From the NCBI GenBank assembly GCA_964512325.1, contig CAZEGN010000001.1, forward strand, positions 17,517 through 81,516: a stretch of 64,000 nt of DNA. Direction: 5' to 3'. The DNA comes from an uncultured Candidatus Peribacteria bacterium (lineage in GTDB: Bacteria; Patescibacteriota; Gracilibacteria; RBG-16-42-10). The position numbers and the translations under genes are program-made. Below the pieces are notes generated by a model. That model saw nothing but the letters and a program-made list of their open reading frames with translations, searched no databases and had not been told where the DNA came from. Positions 62,599 through 64,000 of this stretch are shown here, piece after piece; within the stretch, counting starts at the first letter, position 1, and each line of letters opens with the position of its first letter.

Positions 62599-64000
62599 AA
62601 ATCTGATAAGCATTTATCACACCGGGAATTAAAGATATTGCATCCAGCACGGAAGTTATTTGATCCACACCAATCACCTCTAACTTTAGTTCATCTTTTA
62701 CAATACCCAAATCATCACGCGGACTGGTTTGTAGGGTAAGTATATTTACATTAAAGCGGGTCAACTCATGAAGAAGGTCACGCAATAATGCGACTCGATC
62801 CTCTGCCTCAACCACCACATGCACCTGATATTTATTAACAGTACTGGGATGTAGCCAACTGGCGTGGACTAAACGGTCGGGCGCTAAATGTTGAGCGCTC
62901 TGACAATCGGCGCAATGCACAGTTACACCTCTACCACGAGTAATGTAGCCAATAATGCTCTCTGGCTGCTCAGGCTGGCAGCATTTTGCAAAACTAACCA
63001 TCACATCTTTTTCCCCCTGAATATATACATGTGAGTTCGCTTTTATGTTGCTCTTATTTGGCAAGGAAATAACTTTGTCAGCTAGTAACTCTTCATCAGT
63101 AAATAAGCGTTTAAGAATAGTCCTCTGGGAAATTTCCCCCTCACCAATCGCAATCAAAACGTCCTCAAATGATTGATAAGAAGGATACATTTCCATAACC
63201 TGAGATTTCTTTTCTGCAGCAATTTCATTCACAGTCCCCTTGCCAAAAAAAGCTAATTCTCGATTGAGCAACTCAGTACCTGAATGGAGATTGGCATCTT
63301 TATCTTGTTTTCTAAACCATGCCTTAATCCTATTCTTAGCTCTAGTAGTAGCAACAATTCTTAGCCAGTCTCGCTTTGGGCCAATAAGACTTTTTGTGGT
63401 CAAAATTTCCACCACATCACCGGTCTGCAAAGGAGTCTCAAGTCTAACTATTTTGCCATTGACCTTTGCACCATTACATCGATAGCCCACATTGCTATGG
63501 ACAGCAAAAGCATAATCTATTGCATTTGCGCCTTCCGGTAAGTCCTTCACCTCTCCTTTTGGTGTAAACACAAAGATCCTTTGCCTAAAAAGATCAACCT
63601 TAACTCCCTCAATAAACTCTTTGCTATCTTGAATGCTCTCTTGCAAATCATTGAGCCGTGCTAACCAGGTTAAGTTTTTTTCATTGATGCCTTTACTTCC
63701 GCCTTGATCTTTATAAACCCAATGAGCAGCAAAACCATGTTCAGCTTGCTCATGCATGGCCAAAGTCCGAATTTGAAATTCAATTAAATTGCCCCCTGGA
63801 CCAAAAACGGTTGTATGCAGACTCTGATAGCCATTCTCTTTGGGCGCGGCAATATAGTCTTTAAATCGGCCCGCTTTCGGTCTCCACATTTCGTGAATCA
63901 AGCCCAAAACGGCATAACAGTCACTCACTTTATTTACCAACACGCGCATGGCGAACAAATCAAATATTTCGGCTAATGACTTTTGCTTGCGCTCCATTTT
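62582..64000 (-). CDS. relA: RelA/SpoT-homologue (p)ppGpp synthetase, C-terminal part (N-terminus beyond the right edge)
   Basis: Synthetase domain FDLFAMRVLV...GLIHEMWRPKAGRFKDYIAAPKENGYQSLHTTV. TGS domain VFTPKGEVKDLPEGANAIDYAFAVHSNVG...VNGKIVRLETPLQTGDVVEI. C-terminal ACT-like domain. The reading frame is open to position 64000. Confidence 0.85.
   Translation of the reverse strand, partial: KMERKQKSLAEIFDLFAMRVLVNKVSDCYAVLGLIHEMWRPKAGRFKDYIAAPKENGYQSLHTTVFGPGGNLIEFQIRTLAMHEQAEHGFAAHWVYKDQGGSKGINEKNLTWLARLNDLQESIQDSKEFIEGVKVDLFRQRIFVFTPKGEVKDLPEGANAIDYAFAVHSNVGYRCNGAKVNGKIVRLETPLQTGDVVEILTTKSLIGPKRDWLRIVATTRAKNRIKAWFRKQDKDANLHSGTELLNRELAFFGKGTVNEIAAEKKSQVMEMYPSYQSFEDVLIAIGEGEISQRTILKRLFTDEELLADKVISLPNKSNIKANSHVYIQGEKDVMVSFAKCCQPEQPESIIGYITRGRGVTVHCADCQSAQHLAPDRLVHASWLHPSTVNKYQVHVVVEAEDRVALLRDLLHELTRFNVNILTLQTSPRDDLGIVKDELKLEVIGVDQITSVLDAISLIPGVINAYQISTARK

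Noticed and set aside
1-64000. The organism might use an alternative genetic code in which UGA is a sense codon (code 4 or 25).
   Set aside because: All conserved long genes (topA, mfd, aspS, thrS, virB4 and others) are intact under the standard code with no in-frame TGA. Read-through of the single TGA stop at 58926 runs into further TGAs. The depletion of TGA is reported as a finding, but reassignment is not supported by this window.

Overview
This is a densely coded 64-kb chromosomal segment with about 50 CDS, tRNA-His, tRNA-Arg and RNase P RNA. I recognised no rRNA, CRISPR, transposase, integrase or phage genes. GC looks low-to-mid 40s % from sampled lines (not computed). Housekeeping genes are aspS, hisS, thrS, topA, rpiB-rpe, RNase J, infC-rpmI-rplT, mfd, mreB, tgt, comFC and an RSH (p)ppGpp enzyme cut by the right edge. 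Monoderm-type envelope genes are also present: sortase, SLH protein, VanW, PMT/GT39 glycosyltransferase, O-antigen-ligase-like protein and PrsW. The envelope genes, T4SS-pilin-type hairpin, PEGA anchors, Elp3/Trm9 pair and absence of Shine-Dalgarno motifs suggest an uncultivated monoderm lineage such as Patescibacteria/CPR; this is inference only. The accessory core (22.5-46.1 kb) is a bipartite, relaxase-less, Gram-positive-type type IV secretion-like locus. Its minus-strand operon encodes a VirB6-like protein (1644 aa), a PrgI/VirB3-like protein, a 239-aa protein, a VirB4 ATPase, a degenerate-LytM membrane protein, a CPHC thioredoxin and a PEGA protein. A P-type ATPase and a GC-richer SPFH-like gene pair follow. 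A plus-strand operon then encodes a VirB2-like pilin hairpin fused to a serine-hydrolase-like domain and a C39-like cysteine-peptidase domain, followed by three more TM-PEGA proteins. Other notable points: (1) a bacterial Elp3 plus Trm9-like pair with back-to-back start codons; (2) a 1014-aa orphan protein plus a divergent kinase-like gene; (3) stop-codon usage of TAA 23 / TAG 22 / TGA 1; (4) at least 12 intergenic heptanucleotide tandem arrays; (5) several GC-rich structured intergenic elements, two of which share a 23-nt box immediately 3' of both tRNA genes.
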